From an uncultured Gammaproteobacteria bacterium (GTDB lineage: Bacteria > Patescibacteriota > Microgenomatia > JAMCZE01), in contig CAZNUP010000002.1 of the NCBI GenBank assembly GCA_964576435.1, positions 183,182 through 247,181 of the forward strand: 64,000 nt of DNA, in the 5' to 3' direction. Numbering within the stretch: the first letter of the stretch is position 1; every line of letters starts with the position of its first letter. The position numbers and the translations under genes were made by a program. This document shows positions 1-8,878 of the stretch, one piece after another. The notes beneath the pieces are model-generated. The model was not told the DNA's origin. It was given only the letters and a program-made list of their open reading frames with translations, and did no database searches.

Positions 1-567
1 GAAAAGTATATTGGCGGTGGGGGGAGAATTAAGGATTTGATGACTGAAATCATTTTAGAACTTAAGGTAAAAATACTGGAGAACCCTCAGTATACAGTTC
101 TTATAACAAAACTCATTGAAGCTAATGGTCTTATTAAAGATAGCCCGCTTCCCGAACTTCCCCTAGAACTTGTAATTGCTGAATGGTGTGGACAGAGTGA
201 AACACCTAAATCCAAACCAATGACTGTTTCAGTGTCTCCAGTAGAACCTGTTTCTGTGCCTGTTACTCCGGTTGAATCTAAAGCCGAAATAGTTAAACCA
301 ATTAGTGCGGCAATGCCTGGAGCAATTACAGATGAGAAGTGGCAAGAAATTATTACTGCCGTTAAACCCTACAATCACAACTTATCCGCGCTTCTTAGGT
401 CGAGTAGACCGGTTAGTTTGAAAGGTGACTATCTTACAATTGAAGCGTTTTATAAGTTCCATAAAGACAAGCTTTCTGAGGATAAGAACATAAAGATTCT
501 TGAAGAAGTAATTTCTGGTATACTTGGGGCGAATATAAAAATAAAATTTACTTTGAAGGAGGTGTGA
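1..567 (+). CDS. dnaX: DNA polymerase III gamma/tau, C-terminal part (runs off window start)
   Basis: Frame open from base 1; PLPELPLEL and tau C-terminal 'W..I...VK..N..LSALL' segments; dnaX-ybaB-recR synteny. Confidence 0.85.
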   Translation, partial: EKYIGGGGRIKDLMTEIILELKVKILENPQYTVLITKLIEANGLIKDSPLPELPLELVIAEWCGQSETPKSKPMTVSVSPVEPVSVPVTPVESKAEIVKPISAAMPGAITDEKWQEIITAVKPYNHNLSALLRSSRPVSLKGDYLTIEAFYKFHKDKLSEDKNIKILEEVISGILGANIKIKFTLKEV

Positions 568-568
568 T

Positions 569-859
569 ATGGGTTTACTTGATGGAGTTAAACAGCTTGG
601 CGATCTTAATCAGATGAGAAAGACCGCTCAGCAAATTCAACAGCAACTTGCACAGGAAAAAATTGAAATTGTCAAAAACACAACTAAAGGAGATTTAAAG
701 GTTGTCCTAACTGGTGACCAAAAGGTTCTTGAAATATCTTTAGGTGGTGTCAGAGACTATGAGCTTGAAGCAGCAGTTGGTGAAGCACTTTATAAGTCAC
801 AGATGGTGGCGGCTTCCAAACTTCAAGCACTTTCTGGTGGCATGGGTGGAGGACAGTAA
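569..859 (+). CDS. ybaB: YbaB/EbfC nucleoid-associated protein
   Basis: AQQIQQQL helix, 'VVLTGDQKV', position between dnaX and recR. Confidence 0.85.
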   Translation: MGLLDGVKQLGDLNQMRKTAQQIQQQLAQEKIEIVKNTTKGDLKVVLTGDQKVLEISLGGVRDYELEAAVGEALYKSQMVAASKLQALSGGMGGGQ

Positions 860-861
860 GA

Positions 862-1449
862 ATGACCTTTCCAAAGCAGATTCAAAATTTGATTGAAGCT
901 TTTGAAAGGCTTCCCGGTGTTGGGCCTAAAACGGCTGAACGCTTAGCTTTTTATTTGCTTCATGTTCCTGACAGTGAGATTAAGAAATTTTCTGATTCCG
1001 TTTCTAATCTAAAAGAGGGAATTGTTCTTTGTGAGGAATGTAAGAATATATCTTCAGCTACAATTTGTGAAATTTGTTCTGACAACACACGAGATAAAGA
1101 TTCCATTTGTGTGGTTGAAGGGCCTTTAGATGTCTTTAGTTTAGAAAGATCTGGCACTTATCACGGGCTCTATCATGTTCTTCATGGGGTCATAAATCCA
1201 CTAAATAATATTGGACCGGATGAACTTTATATATCTGACCTTTTTAATAGGGAAACACTAGAGATAATTCTTGCTTTAAATCCTACAATGGAAGGAGAAG
1301 CCACGGCTCTTTATATTAAAGACAAGATGAAAGACAAAGGAATTAAAATTACTCGTCTTGGGGTTGGACTTCCCATTGGCGGAGACATGCAGTATGCTGA
1401 CTCCACAACTTTAACACGAGCTATGGAGGGCAGAAGATCATATGAGTGA
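862..1449 (+). CDS. recR: Recombination protein RecR
   Basis: LPGVGPKTAERL HhH, C4 zinc finger, TOPRIM motif NPTMEGEATA. Confidence 0.97.
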   Translation: MTFPKQIQNLIEAFERLPGVGPKTAERLAFYLLHVPDSEIKKFSDSVSNLKEGIVLCEECKNISSATICEICSDNTRDKDSICVVEGPLDVFSLERSGTYHGLYHVLHGVINPLNNIGPDELYISDLFNRETLEIILALNPTMEGEATALYIKDKMKDKGIKITRLGVGLPIGGDMQYADSTTLTRAMEGRRSYE

Positions 1450-1909
1450 CCAAGGAAAATTAGGTGGCTTTACAGACGAAGTTGGAGAACTTTTTAAAGA
1501 TGCCGGCAAGGCAACAGTTCGAGAGGTTAAAGATATGGGGAAAATCGCTAAGGCACAGATTACTGGTAATTATAGTGATAGTTCTTCAAATAAACCACAG
1601 ACTGAGATTAAACCTGATGATAAGAAAGCAGGCAAAAAAGATCCAATTACTGGGAAAACTCCTCCAACCAAACAACAGCTTAATGATTTGAAACAGCAAA
1701 CGGCTCAACTCCAAATGGCACAACTTAAAAAGGTGCGGGCAGAGCTTGAAAAACAAAGACTTAAAGTTAGTGGACAACAACAAACTGGGTCGCCTCAAGT
1801 TGGGCCAGAAGTTAAAGAGGAGAACAAGAAACCCAAAGATGACGCTGTCCAAAAGACACTTAAGAGTTCAAAAAGCACAGGGGAGTTCAAAGGCTTGATT
1901 GGTGGGTGA
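1442..1909 (+). CDS. Hypothetical K/Q-rich protein
   Basis: 155-aa ORF overlapping the recR stop. Confidence 0.7.
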   Translation: MSDQGKLGGFTDEVGELFKDAGKATVREVKDMGKIAKAQITGNYSDSSSNKPQTEIKPDDKKAGKKDPITGKTPPTKQQLNDLKQQTAQLQMAQLKKVRAELEKQRLKVSGQQQTGSPQVGPEVKEENKKPKDDAVQKTLKSSKSTGEFKGLIGG

Positions 1910-1929
1910 TTTTTGGTATAGTTCAGAGT

Positions 1930-2142
1930 ATGTTCAGTGGAATTAAAGAAAAATTACTACCTTGGTTTATTGGAGGGTCTATGGGTGCTTTATTGGGTGC
2001 TACAGGTGCAGTTGTTTTAGAAAATGCTCTTAACACACCCAATCACGATTTGTCTGTTTTTTCTGCAATGGTTTTTGGCTTAATCTTGGCAAATAAGGTT
2101 GAAAGGCGATATAATGCTAATAGAATAGCCATAACAGAATAA
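1930..2142 (+). CDS. Small two-TM hypothetical protein
   Basis: Two hydrophobic segments; ATG 1930 follows a TATAGT -10-like box (alternative GTG at 1906). Confidence 0.6.
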   Translation: MFSGIKEKLLPWFIGGSMGALLGATGAVVLENALNTPNHDLSVFSAMVFGLILANKVERRYNANRIAITE

Positions 2143-2144
2143 GT

Positions 2145-2189
2145 ATGAAGTTATTAAATTTTAGTTGTTGTTGCACTTTGCCAAGGTAA
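2145..2189 (+). CDS. Cys-rich leader peptide MKLLNFSCCCTLPR
   Basis: ATG 2145, tandem TGT TGT TGC at 2166-2174, TAA 2187-2189; upstream of a terminator and cysS. Confidence 0.85.
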   Translation: MKLLNFSCCCTLPR

Positions 2190-2214
2190 GATCGAGAAAT
2201 CGATTTACTTTGGC
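2180..2214 (+). promoter_or_regulatory. Attenuator pause (1:2) hairpin
   Basis: GCCAAGGTAAgATCGA-GAAA-TCGATTTACTTTGGC, a long stem with a GAAA loop overlapping the leader stop. Confidence 0.75.
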
Positions 2215-2220
2215 TTATTT

Positions 2221-2241
2221 CCCGCTTCGAGCGGGTTTTTT
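2221..2241 (+). terminator. Intrinsic attenuator terminator
   Basis: CCCGC-TTCGA-GCGGG followed by TTTTTT. Confidence 0.85.
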
Positions 2242-2242
2242 A

Positions 2243-2464
2243 ATGAAAAAAATTAAAGGATTCTATTTTCAAAACGCTAAATATCTTGTTACCGATGAAG
2301 AAGGTGATAGTCTATTTATGGTCATGAACTATAAAGATAATTCTTTTAAGCTTGAGACGATTTCTGGGGAAAATGTGGAACTTAAAAACGAGACTGAATC
2401 AGTTGCTTTGAAGCTTCTTGCTAAGAAACATGGTGTTAATTTTGTTTCTAGATTAGAGATATAA
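2243..2464 (+). CDS. 73-aa hypothetical protein coupled to cysS
   Basis: ATG directly after the terminator; TAATG overlap with the cysS start. Confidence 0.75.
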   Translation: MKKIKGFYFQNAKYLVTDEEGDSLFMVMNYKDNSFKLETISGENVELKNETESVALKLLAKKHGVNFVSRLEI

Positions 2465-3870
2465 TGAATAAAGAGATGAAAATCCACAATACAGCAACTC
2501 GCAAAGTTGAGGACCTTAAAACCATAAAAGCTGGAGAGGTTGGACTTTATACATGTGGTCCTACAGTTTATAGCACTCCCACAATTGGAAATTGGCGGAC
2601 ATTTGTATTTGAGGATGTCTTAAGAAGAGTCTTGGAATTTAATGGATACAAAGTTAACCATGTGATGAATGTCACTGATGTGGGGCATTTAACTGGGGAC
2701 AACTTGGGAGATGCTGATCTTGGGGAGGACCGAATGGAAAAGGCAGCTAAGAGGGAGAATAAGACAGCTTGGGATGTTGCCCAGTTTTATTTAGATGATT
2801 TTATCTCTTCAAGAGAAAAACTTAATATTTTGGCTCCAACTCATTTGCCAAGAGCTACTGATCACATTAAAGAGCAAATTGACCTTACCCAGAAACTTTT
2901 TGACAGGGGGCTTGCTTACACAACTTCTCAAGGAGTTTATTTTGATGTACAAAAATTCCCGGACTATGGCAAACTTGGAGGTCAAAAGATGATTGATAAA
3001 AGAATGGCTAGTCGGGATGAACTTATTGAAGATGGTGAAAAGAAAAATCCGTTTGATTTTGCTTTATGGAAATTTACTCCTAAAGGAGAAAACAGGCAGA
3101 TGGAGTGGGACAGTCCTTGGGGAAAAGGGTTTCCAGGATGGCATATTGAATGTTCTGCTATGAGTATGAGATATCTTGGAGAGACTTTTGATATTCACAC
3201 TGGAGGAGTAGATCACGTTGCTATCCACCATACAAATGAAATTGCACAGTCAGAAGGTGCTACGGGAAAAACATTTTCTAAATATTGGCTACATGGTGAA
3301 TTTTTGACAGTGGACGGGGGAAGAATGGGAAAGAGTCTTGGGAATGCCTATACACTTCAAGATATTGTGGCTCGCGGATTTGACCCACTTGCTCTTAGAT
3401 ATTTTTATTTCTCAGCAAATTATAGAACGGTATTAAATTTTACTTGGGAAGCTTTGGAAGCAGCGTCTAATGCACTTAAGAAACTTAGAACTAAAGTCAG
3501 TGCTTTAAATGAAGATCCTGGACAGGTTAACGAAAAGTATAAGAATGAATTTTTGGCAGCGATAAATAATGATTTAAATATGCCAGGAGCAATTGCTGTT
3601 CTTTGGAAACTTTTGGATGATTCAAATATTTCAGATAGTGAGAAATTAGCTACCGTTTTAGATTTCGATAAAGTCTTTGGACTAAAACTTAACGAAGAAC
3701 CAAATTTGGAAGTTGAAGTTCCAGTTGAGGTTTTGAGACTTGTTAGTGAAAGAGAGCGAGCACGTGAGGATAAGAATTTTAGTGAATCGGATAAATTAAG
3801 AGATGAAATTCTCAAAATGGGATATACTGTTAAGGATACACCCGAAGGCAGCAGGGTTTTCAAAAAGTGA
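2464..3870 (+). CDS. cysS: Cysteine--tRNA ligase
   Basis: YTCGPTVY, TIGN (HIGH), PGWHIECSAM, RMGKSLGN (KMSKS). Confidence 0.98.
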   Translation: MNKEMKIHNTATRKVEDLKTIKAGEVGLYTCGPTVYSTPTIGNWRTFVFEDVLRRVLEFNGYKVNHVMNVTDVGHLTGDNLGDADLGEDRMEKAAKRENKTAWDVAQFYLDDFISSREKLNILAPTHLPRATDHIKEQIDLTQKLFDRGLAYTTSQGVYFDVQKFPDYGKLGGQKMIDKRMASRDELIEDGEKKNPFDFALWKFTPKGENRQMEWDSPWGKGFPGWHIECSAMSMRYLGETFDIHTGGVDHVAIHHTNEIAQSEGATGKTFSKYWLHGEFLTVDGGRMGKSLGNAYTLQDIVARGFDPLALRYFYFSANYRTVLNFTWEALEAASNALKKLRTKVSALNEDPGQVNEKYKNEFLAAINNDLNMPGAIAVLWKLLDDSNISDSEKLATVLDFDKVFGLKLNEEPNLEVEVPVEVLRLVSERERAREDKNFSESDKLRDEILKMGYTVKDTPEGSRVFKK

Positions 3871-4550
3871 TTCGAATTCTAGTCTTAATTGGATTTTTGC
3901 TTCTTGTTGGTAATTTGTTGGTTGTTAATTACTTCGTTTTTCAACACAACTCCAAGTTTGAGGACACTAATACGCGGATTTTGACTCTTGCAGACAGTGT
4001 TAAGGCGGCGAGAAACTCAATTACTCAAGATGTTTCTAGTGCATCTTCAAATGTGGTTTCTGATATTGAAGGGGATAACTGTGGAACAAAGTGTCAGGCA
4101 ATGATTAATGCTGCTGTTGATGCCAAAGTTAAGACAATTAAGTCCACAACCTCAACTAAAACTGTTGTAAAAGCTGCCCCAACTGGATCAACTCAGGAAT
4201 TTATTATTCCTATGGGAGGGGGAGTAGTTTCTCAAAATGGACAATGGGTAGATATTTATTCTGCCCAAACTCAAATTAATACAGCAAATTATCCACCAAT
4301 TGTGGCTGCTTACTTTGAAGTCGTTATGGGAATACCAAATGCACAAGGGACTATGCAAGCTCAACTTTATGATACGTCAACTCCGTATTTGTTTTCGGGT
4401 CAGGTACTTTCAACTCAATCTGGTCCAGGACAGTTTTTGTCGGTTCAGTTTCCAATTCAACCTGGGAATAAGTCGTACCATGTGCAGCTCCAAAATTCCA
4501 TAGGGACGGGAATTTTAGATTCTTCAAGGATTAGACTTGTGACGCAGTAA
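3867..4550 (+). CDS. Membrane-anchored/secreted hypothetical protein
   Basis: N-terminal TM, CxxxC, beta-rich C-terminal domain. Confidence 0.75.
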   Translation: MIRILVLIGFLLLVGNLLVVNYFVFQHNSKFEDTNTRILTLADSVKAARNSITQDVSSASSNVVSDIEGDNCGTKCQAMINAAVDAKVKTIKSTTSTKTVVKAAPTGSTQEFIIPMGGGVVSQNGQWVDIYSAQTQINTANYPPIVAAYFEVVMGIPNAQGTMQAQLYDTSTPYLFSGQVLSTQSGPGQFLSVQFPIQPGNKSYHVQLQNSIGTGILDSSRIRLVTQ

Positions 4551-5564
4551 ATATCCCTTTCCCTTAATATTTATTAGTTCAAAGCGATCTTTTATTTTAG
4601 GTTTAAGTCTGGATATTTGCTTGTAAATTGACCAGTAAGAACTATTCAAATTATTCATTTCTAGTAAATCTTCTATTTTTTCTATTGCAATTACTTTGCC
4701 ATCTGACTCATAGAGATATGTTGTAAGTTTTTGTTCTAATTCTGAAAACTGAGGATATATTTGTTTTATTGCATCACTTTTGTATGTTTGAAAATATTCC
4801 TTCAAAAGAAGAGATTTTATGTTCATATTTTCGTCAATTAACTTAAGCTCTATTAATTTGTCTGTGTCAACGGAGATAAGTAGTTTAGCTAAATAATTTA
4901 ATTGAAAAAAAATAGTTGGATTAGTCAAAAACTTTTTGGTATTCTTCAAGTCTGCTGTTCTTTCGGCTAAATCTTTGCAGATATGTTTAATAAGCCGAGG
5001 AATTCCACCTGATAAACCGTAAATACGAGGAATGTCTACATCTTGGGTACCGTACCCGTAGAAGCTATTGTTTATTCCTATCATTTTAGTTGTTTCTTCG
5101 AAGTTAAATGGAGCAATATATTGTCTTGACGGGAAGAATGGACTGCTTTTACCGAAATATTCGTCTGGCTTTGTAATTCCTGTGTGGTCTGTGATTATCA
5201 AAAATAAAATTTTCTTTTGTTTTGGTTGTCGAAGACTGCTAAGTTTTTCCAGAAGGATATTCTTGTTGTCTAGTAAATTGAATAGTCGGACAATGAATAA
5301 TACTTTAACATCTTTATTCTGGGGGATACGGTTACTTACGAAATTTACGAGTGATTCGCTGTTTACTTCTGGATCATAATATTGGATTTCTTCAAAAATT
5401 TTACTTTTCTCACAATTTAATAAAAACAAATTAAGAAAAGTTTTTCCTCCACAACCAATCATTGCACTAATAAGCACGTTCTCTCCCTGAGATAGATTTT
5501 TGAGTGCTTTTTGACAGGCACTATTCATATAGTCTTCTGGAAATGCATTGTAAATATTTTTCAT
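4524..5564 (-). CDS. P-loop (STAND/AAA-like) domain plus C-terminal OmpR-type winged-helix regulator
   Basis: AMIGCGGKT Walker A-like, LSGGIPRLI (GxP), C-terminal 'ISRLKPKI...INIKGKGYLL'. Confidence 0.7.
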   Translation of the reverse strand: MKNIYNAFPEDYMNSACQKALKNLSQGENVLISAMIGCGGKTFLNLFLLNCEKSKIFEEIQYYDPEVNSESLVNFVSNRIPQNKDVKVLFIVRLFNLLDNKNILLEKLSSLRQPKQKKILFLIITDHTGITKPDEYFGKSSPFFPSRQYIAPFNFEETTKMIGINNSFYGYGTQDVDIPRIYGLSGGIPRLIKHICKDLAERTADLKNTKKFLTNPTIFFQLNYLAKLLISVDTDKLIELKLIDENMNIKSLLLKEYFQTYKSDAIKQIYPQFSELEQKLTTYLYESDGKVIAIEKIEDLLEMNNLNSSYWSIYKQISRLKPKIKDRFELINIKGKGYLLRHKSNP

Positions 5565-5601
5565 GTCAAAAATATGTCAAAGATAATACTGATTGCTGTC
5601 A
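5563..5601. promoter_or_regulatory. TGTCA direct repeats with 11-bp phasing (wHTH operator-like)
   Basis: ATGTCAAA at 5563 and 5574; TGTCA at 5597 (22 bp after the second core). Confidence 0.5.
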
Positions 5602-5644
5602 TGAATTGGCCGTATAAGTCGATTATAAGTCTTTTACAATTATT

Positions 5645-6352
5645 ATGTTTATTGTCAAAGAGTTTAACAAAGAAGGATCTAATATTTCGCCTAAATACTT
5701 GGGAATAGAAGGTATGGGCGGTGCTGGAAAAGATACTGCCGCGCCCTTTGTTAAGAAAATTTGGGAAACTAATACTAGACGGATTGTGGTTTTAACTCGA
5801 GAACCAGGTGGAACCCCATTTGCGGAGGATATGAGAATAAACATATTTAATGCTAAGAATGACAAACGAGTTTCTCCTATGGGTTTAATCAAGATGTTTT
5901 ATGAGGCTAGAGAGTCGACTATTAATGAAGTGGTTAGACCTAATTTAAAGAGAGGAAGACATGTTTTGTCAGTGCGACACTATGCTTCTACGTTTGCTTG
6001 GGAAGGTGCAGGAGAAGGTGTTTCAGAAAAGCAAATACTTACTGAGCACAAGCGCGTATTGGGGAAGTTTGGGGCGGATTTGACTTACTATCTAAAAGTT
6101 TCAAGTCCATTAATTGGTTTAAATAGAAAGGGGGGTAATCACGCTGGAGATGCTTTTGATGATGAAAAGATTGAATATTTATTTAGGGTTCAAGATGCAT
6201 ATGATAGGATGGCAGCAACGTATCAATATGGATCAAGTCGTAGAGACAAAATATTTGGCAATTGGATTACTATTGATGCAGATGTTTCAGTTGATTTGGT
6301 TATGGACCAGATTAATGCACGAACTCAGGAATATTTAAAGGACTTAAGGTAG
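5645..6352 (+). CDS. Divergent thymidylate kinase family protein
   Basis: GIEGMGGAGKDT P-loop, TREPGGT, ADLTYYL. Confidence 0.75.
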   Translation: MFIVKEFNKEGSNISPKYLGIEGMGGAGKDTAAPFVKKIWETNTRRIVVLTREPGGTPFAEDMRINIFNAKNDKRVSPMGLIKMFYEARESTINEVVRPNLKRGRHVLSVRHYASTFAWEGAGEGVSEKQILTEHKRVLGKFGADLTYYLKVSSPLIGLNRKGGNHAGDAFDDEKIEYLFRVQDAYDRMAATYQYGSSRRDKIFGNWITIDADVSVDLVMDQINARTQEYLKDLR

Positions 6353-7144
6353 GAAACGTACTCGTGGCATATTGAAGTTAATATTTGTGGCGTTTCCTTG
6401 ATGTGTTGTCAATCCTCCTAAAAATCCGGCACGACTTGCTTCTTGCTGAACAAATTCATTACTAAGCCCTGAGGGGTAGGCAATAAAATTGATTGGGATC
6501 CCAAGATTCTCTTCCAATCTTAGTTTGCTTGTTAAAAGTTCATTAAACACTTTGTCTTTAGGAATTTGAGTAAGAATTGGGTGATTTACAGTGTGTGCCT
6601 GAAAAGAAATTAAACCTGACTTTTGCATGTCTTTAATCATGTTCCAGGTTAAATAGCCGGATTTTCCTACAAAGCCTGTGATTATAAACTGTGTTGCTTT
6701 TAAGTTATATTTCCTTAAAAGGGGATAGGCGTTAATGTAGAAATCGACATAGCCATCATCGAAAGTTAGGACAATGGGTTTTTGGGGCGGTTTTGCATTT
6801 TGTTTATAGATTCTATAGAGTTCGTCTAAATCAATAGGTGTCATCCCTTCGGTTTTAATTTTAATTAGCTCTTGTTCTAGTTGGTCTGGAGTTATGGATA
6901 AAGCATCTCTTAGTTTATCTTGGCCAGGATTTGGATTGAAACCTACATAGTGGTACATAACAATTGGGACGGAGATATTTGCACTTGGGGAAGAATTTAT
7001 AGTTTCTTTTTGCTCAACTGATTTTGAAACAATTTGTTTTTGAGTATCTGCTTTAATTTGTTTTTTGTGGGTGGAGGATAGAAAGCTAATAGGTGCCAGA
7101 ACAATTAAGCCAACTCCTACACCAATGAGAATTTCTTTTAACAT
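6344..7144 (-). CDS. Polysaccharide deacetylase (CE4)
   Basis: VMYH, LTFDDG, HTVNH, AYPSG motifs; N-terminal TM. Confidence 0.92.
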   Translation of the reverse strand: MLKEILIGVGVGLIVLAPISFLSSTHKKQIKADTQKQIVSKSVEQKETINSSPSANISVPIVMYHYVGFNPNPGQDKLRDALSITPDQLEQELIKIKTEGMTPIDLDELYRIYKQNAKPPQKPIVLTFDDGYVDFYINAYPLLRKYNLKATQFIITGFVGKSGYLTWNMIKDMQKSGLISFQAHTVNHPILTQIPKDKVFNELLTSKLRLEENLGIPINFIAYPSGLSNEFVQQEASRAGFLGGLTTHQGNATNINFNMPRVRFLP

Positions 7145-7183
7145 GGGGCTATTTTACTACTTTAGCTTAAGAAACTAAGCTAT

Positions 7184-7603
7184 TTATTTTTTTTGACTAG
7201 TATTTCTTGAGATTACTGCTGATGCCTCAGGTGTTATGGAAAAATCCAGATTAGTGGGCCGCCTTTCAAGTGTAATCCTTGGATAGCCATTTTCTGCAAG
7301 CTTTAGTCCGAGAATATAGATTCTGACTGCCCGTCTTTGCATAGCTTCTCGTTCGATGTTTTGTTCTCCTTTATTGGTTATGGCCATTAATGAAGCCTTA
7401 ATTGTTTGAGATATCATAGCTGCCTTTTCCGGGTCCAATAAACCTTTTAGAAGCTCATGGGGTTCTTGATTTTGTATTGTTGGATCAAGCCATAATTTAT
7501 TCAAAGTCTGTCTTTGATTTGTGTCTCCACAATTCAGAAGATCTTTAAGTGTAATCCTATCTAGTTCTTTTTGTGTTTTCTCGAGAGTATGTGATATTTC
7601 CAT
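7184..7603 (-). CDS. Hypothetical protein
   Basis: 139-aa ORF filling the gap. Confidence 0.6.
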   Translation of the reverse strand: MEISHTLEKTQKELDRITLKDLLNCGDTNQRQTLNKLWLDPTIQNQEPHELLKGLLDPEKAAMISQTIKASLMAITNKGEQNIEREAMQRRAVRIYILGLKLAENGYPRITLERRPTNLDFSITPEASAVISRNTSQKK

Positions 7604-7612
7604 TTTTTAGGG

Positions 7613-8770
7613 CTAGCGACGGACGAATAAAAGAGCGTTTGGGATGTTTCTTCCAGGTCCTGCTTTATAACCCCCAAACCAAAGCGCAGTGGAACCTCCT
7701 GAATCGAGGTTCATAGCATTGTCCATGCCCATAGCTTTTAGGACTAGAGCATTTTCAGCAACAGTTACGTTGTGCGCAACTCCGATATAGGCGGTATTTC
7801 CTTTACTTGCCACAAAACTCCTAGTCCCTTTACTACCTTGTTTGGGATCGCTATTTCCACCAAATACTGAATTGCCCCCAGAAACTAAAAGAGGGAAGTT
7901 TGAAATGACAGCATCGACTCCGGTATCCCGGCCCCAGTCTTGAGCACCGCCCACAAATCTTACGAAGTTGTTTCCAAAAATGGCTGCGGGGTTAGTTGAG
8001 TAGACATTGTTGTCAGAATTTAGGTATTTTTTGTTTTTGTTCATAACTAGAAGATCGAAGGAATTGGTTTTTCCAGCGCATGATGGATAATCAGCTGGAC
8101 AGAAATAGGTGCCATTGACGCCGGCATAGGCCCCATTTCTTGCCACATAGTCACCAAGTGAAAGTACTGGGCAATTGTCTTTGCAATCACCATCACTGGC
8201 TGTGTCTACAACCACTTTAGTCGATCCCAGATCTCCAGCAATTATGTCTACAACAAAATCACCGGCATCGGTGTGTACAGTTTGTCTACTGTATCCGGAC
8301 CCTGGTGCGGAATTATTAGCCGGGGCATTTGGGGGAACGGGGACTGAAGCAGCTATAATTTTTGCAGTTTCAGCCTTAATTTGAGAGCTTAAGCTTGTTA
8401 GATTAGCAGTAGCTGAGGCAAAATTGCGATCGGAAAGTTGTTTAATTGCTAATGCAAGAAGAGTGTCAAATTTTTTGTCTAGTTTTGGTTGTTGAACCTT
8501 AAGATCTTGGAGTAATTCATAAGTTTGGACTGATTGGTTATAGGTGGTTTCAATGTTTTTAATTTCTTCTTCAAGTAAATCATTTCTTTTAATTTGGTCG
8601 GTATTTTTGAGTTTTTTAAGTTCTGCACTAACGGAAGCAAGTTGTAGGTCAATTTTAGTTTTTTCTTGGGAGACTTCTTTTAATTTTTTAATTTGGATGT
8701 TTTGATAAGCAACGACAGTAGTGAAGATTATTCCAAGGATAATAACTAATATTACTGTGTGCTTGGCCAT
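7613..8770 (-). CDS. Phosphodiester glycosidase (NAGPA-like) with TM and coiled coil
   Basis: VNGTYF and AMNLDSGGST motifs; start reassigned to MAKHTV at 8770. Confidence 0.85.
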   Translation of the reverse strand: MAKHTVILVIILGIIFTTVVAYQNIQIKKLKEVSQEKTKIDLQLASVSAELKKLKNTDQIKRNDLLEEEIKNIETTYNQSVQTYELLQDLKVQQPKLDKKFDTLLALAIKQLSDRNFASATANLTSLSSQIKAETAKIIAASVPVPPNAPANNSAPGSGYSRQTVHTDAGDFVVDIIAGDLGSTKVVVDTASDGDCKDNCPVLSLGDYVARNGAYAGVNGTYFCPADYPSCAGKTNSFDLLVMNKNKKYLNSDNNVYSTNPAAIFGNNFVRFVGGAQDWGRDTGVDAVISNFPLLVSGGNSVFGGNSDPKQGSKGTRSFVASKGNTAYIGVAHNVTVAENALVLKAMGMDNAMNLDSGGSTALWFGGYKAGPGRNIPNALLFVRR

Positions 8771-8878
8771 GTATTTAGTGTAGGGTAGATTGATTTCTGA
8801 TTCAACAGTGAACGGAAATAGATTCGCGTGTTCGTAAATGTTTGGTTTCAAATTGTCCGATAGTATATAATTGTGGTC

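Noticed and set aside
2165-2242. ORF-track N-terminal extension of the 2243-2464 gene
   Set aside because: It runs through the attenuator hairpins and terminator; ATG 2243 is the better start.
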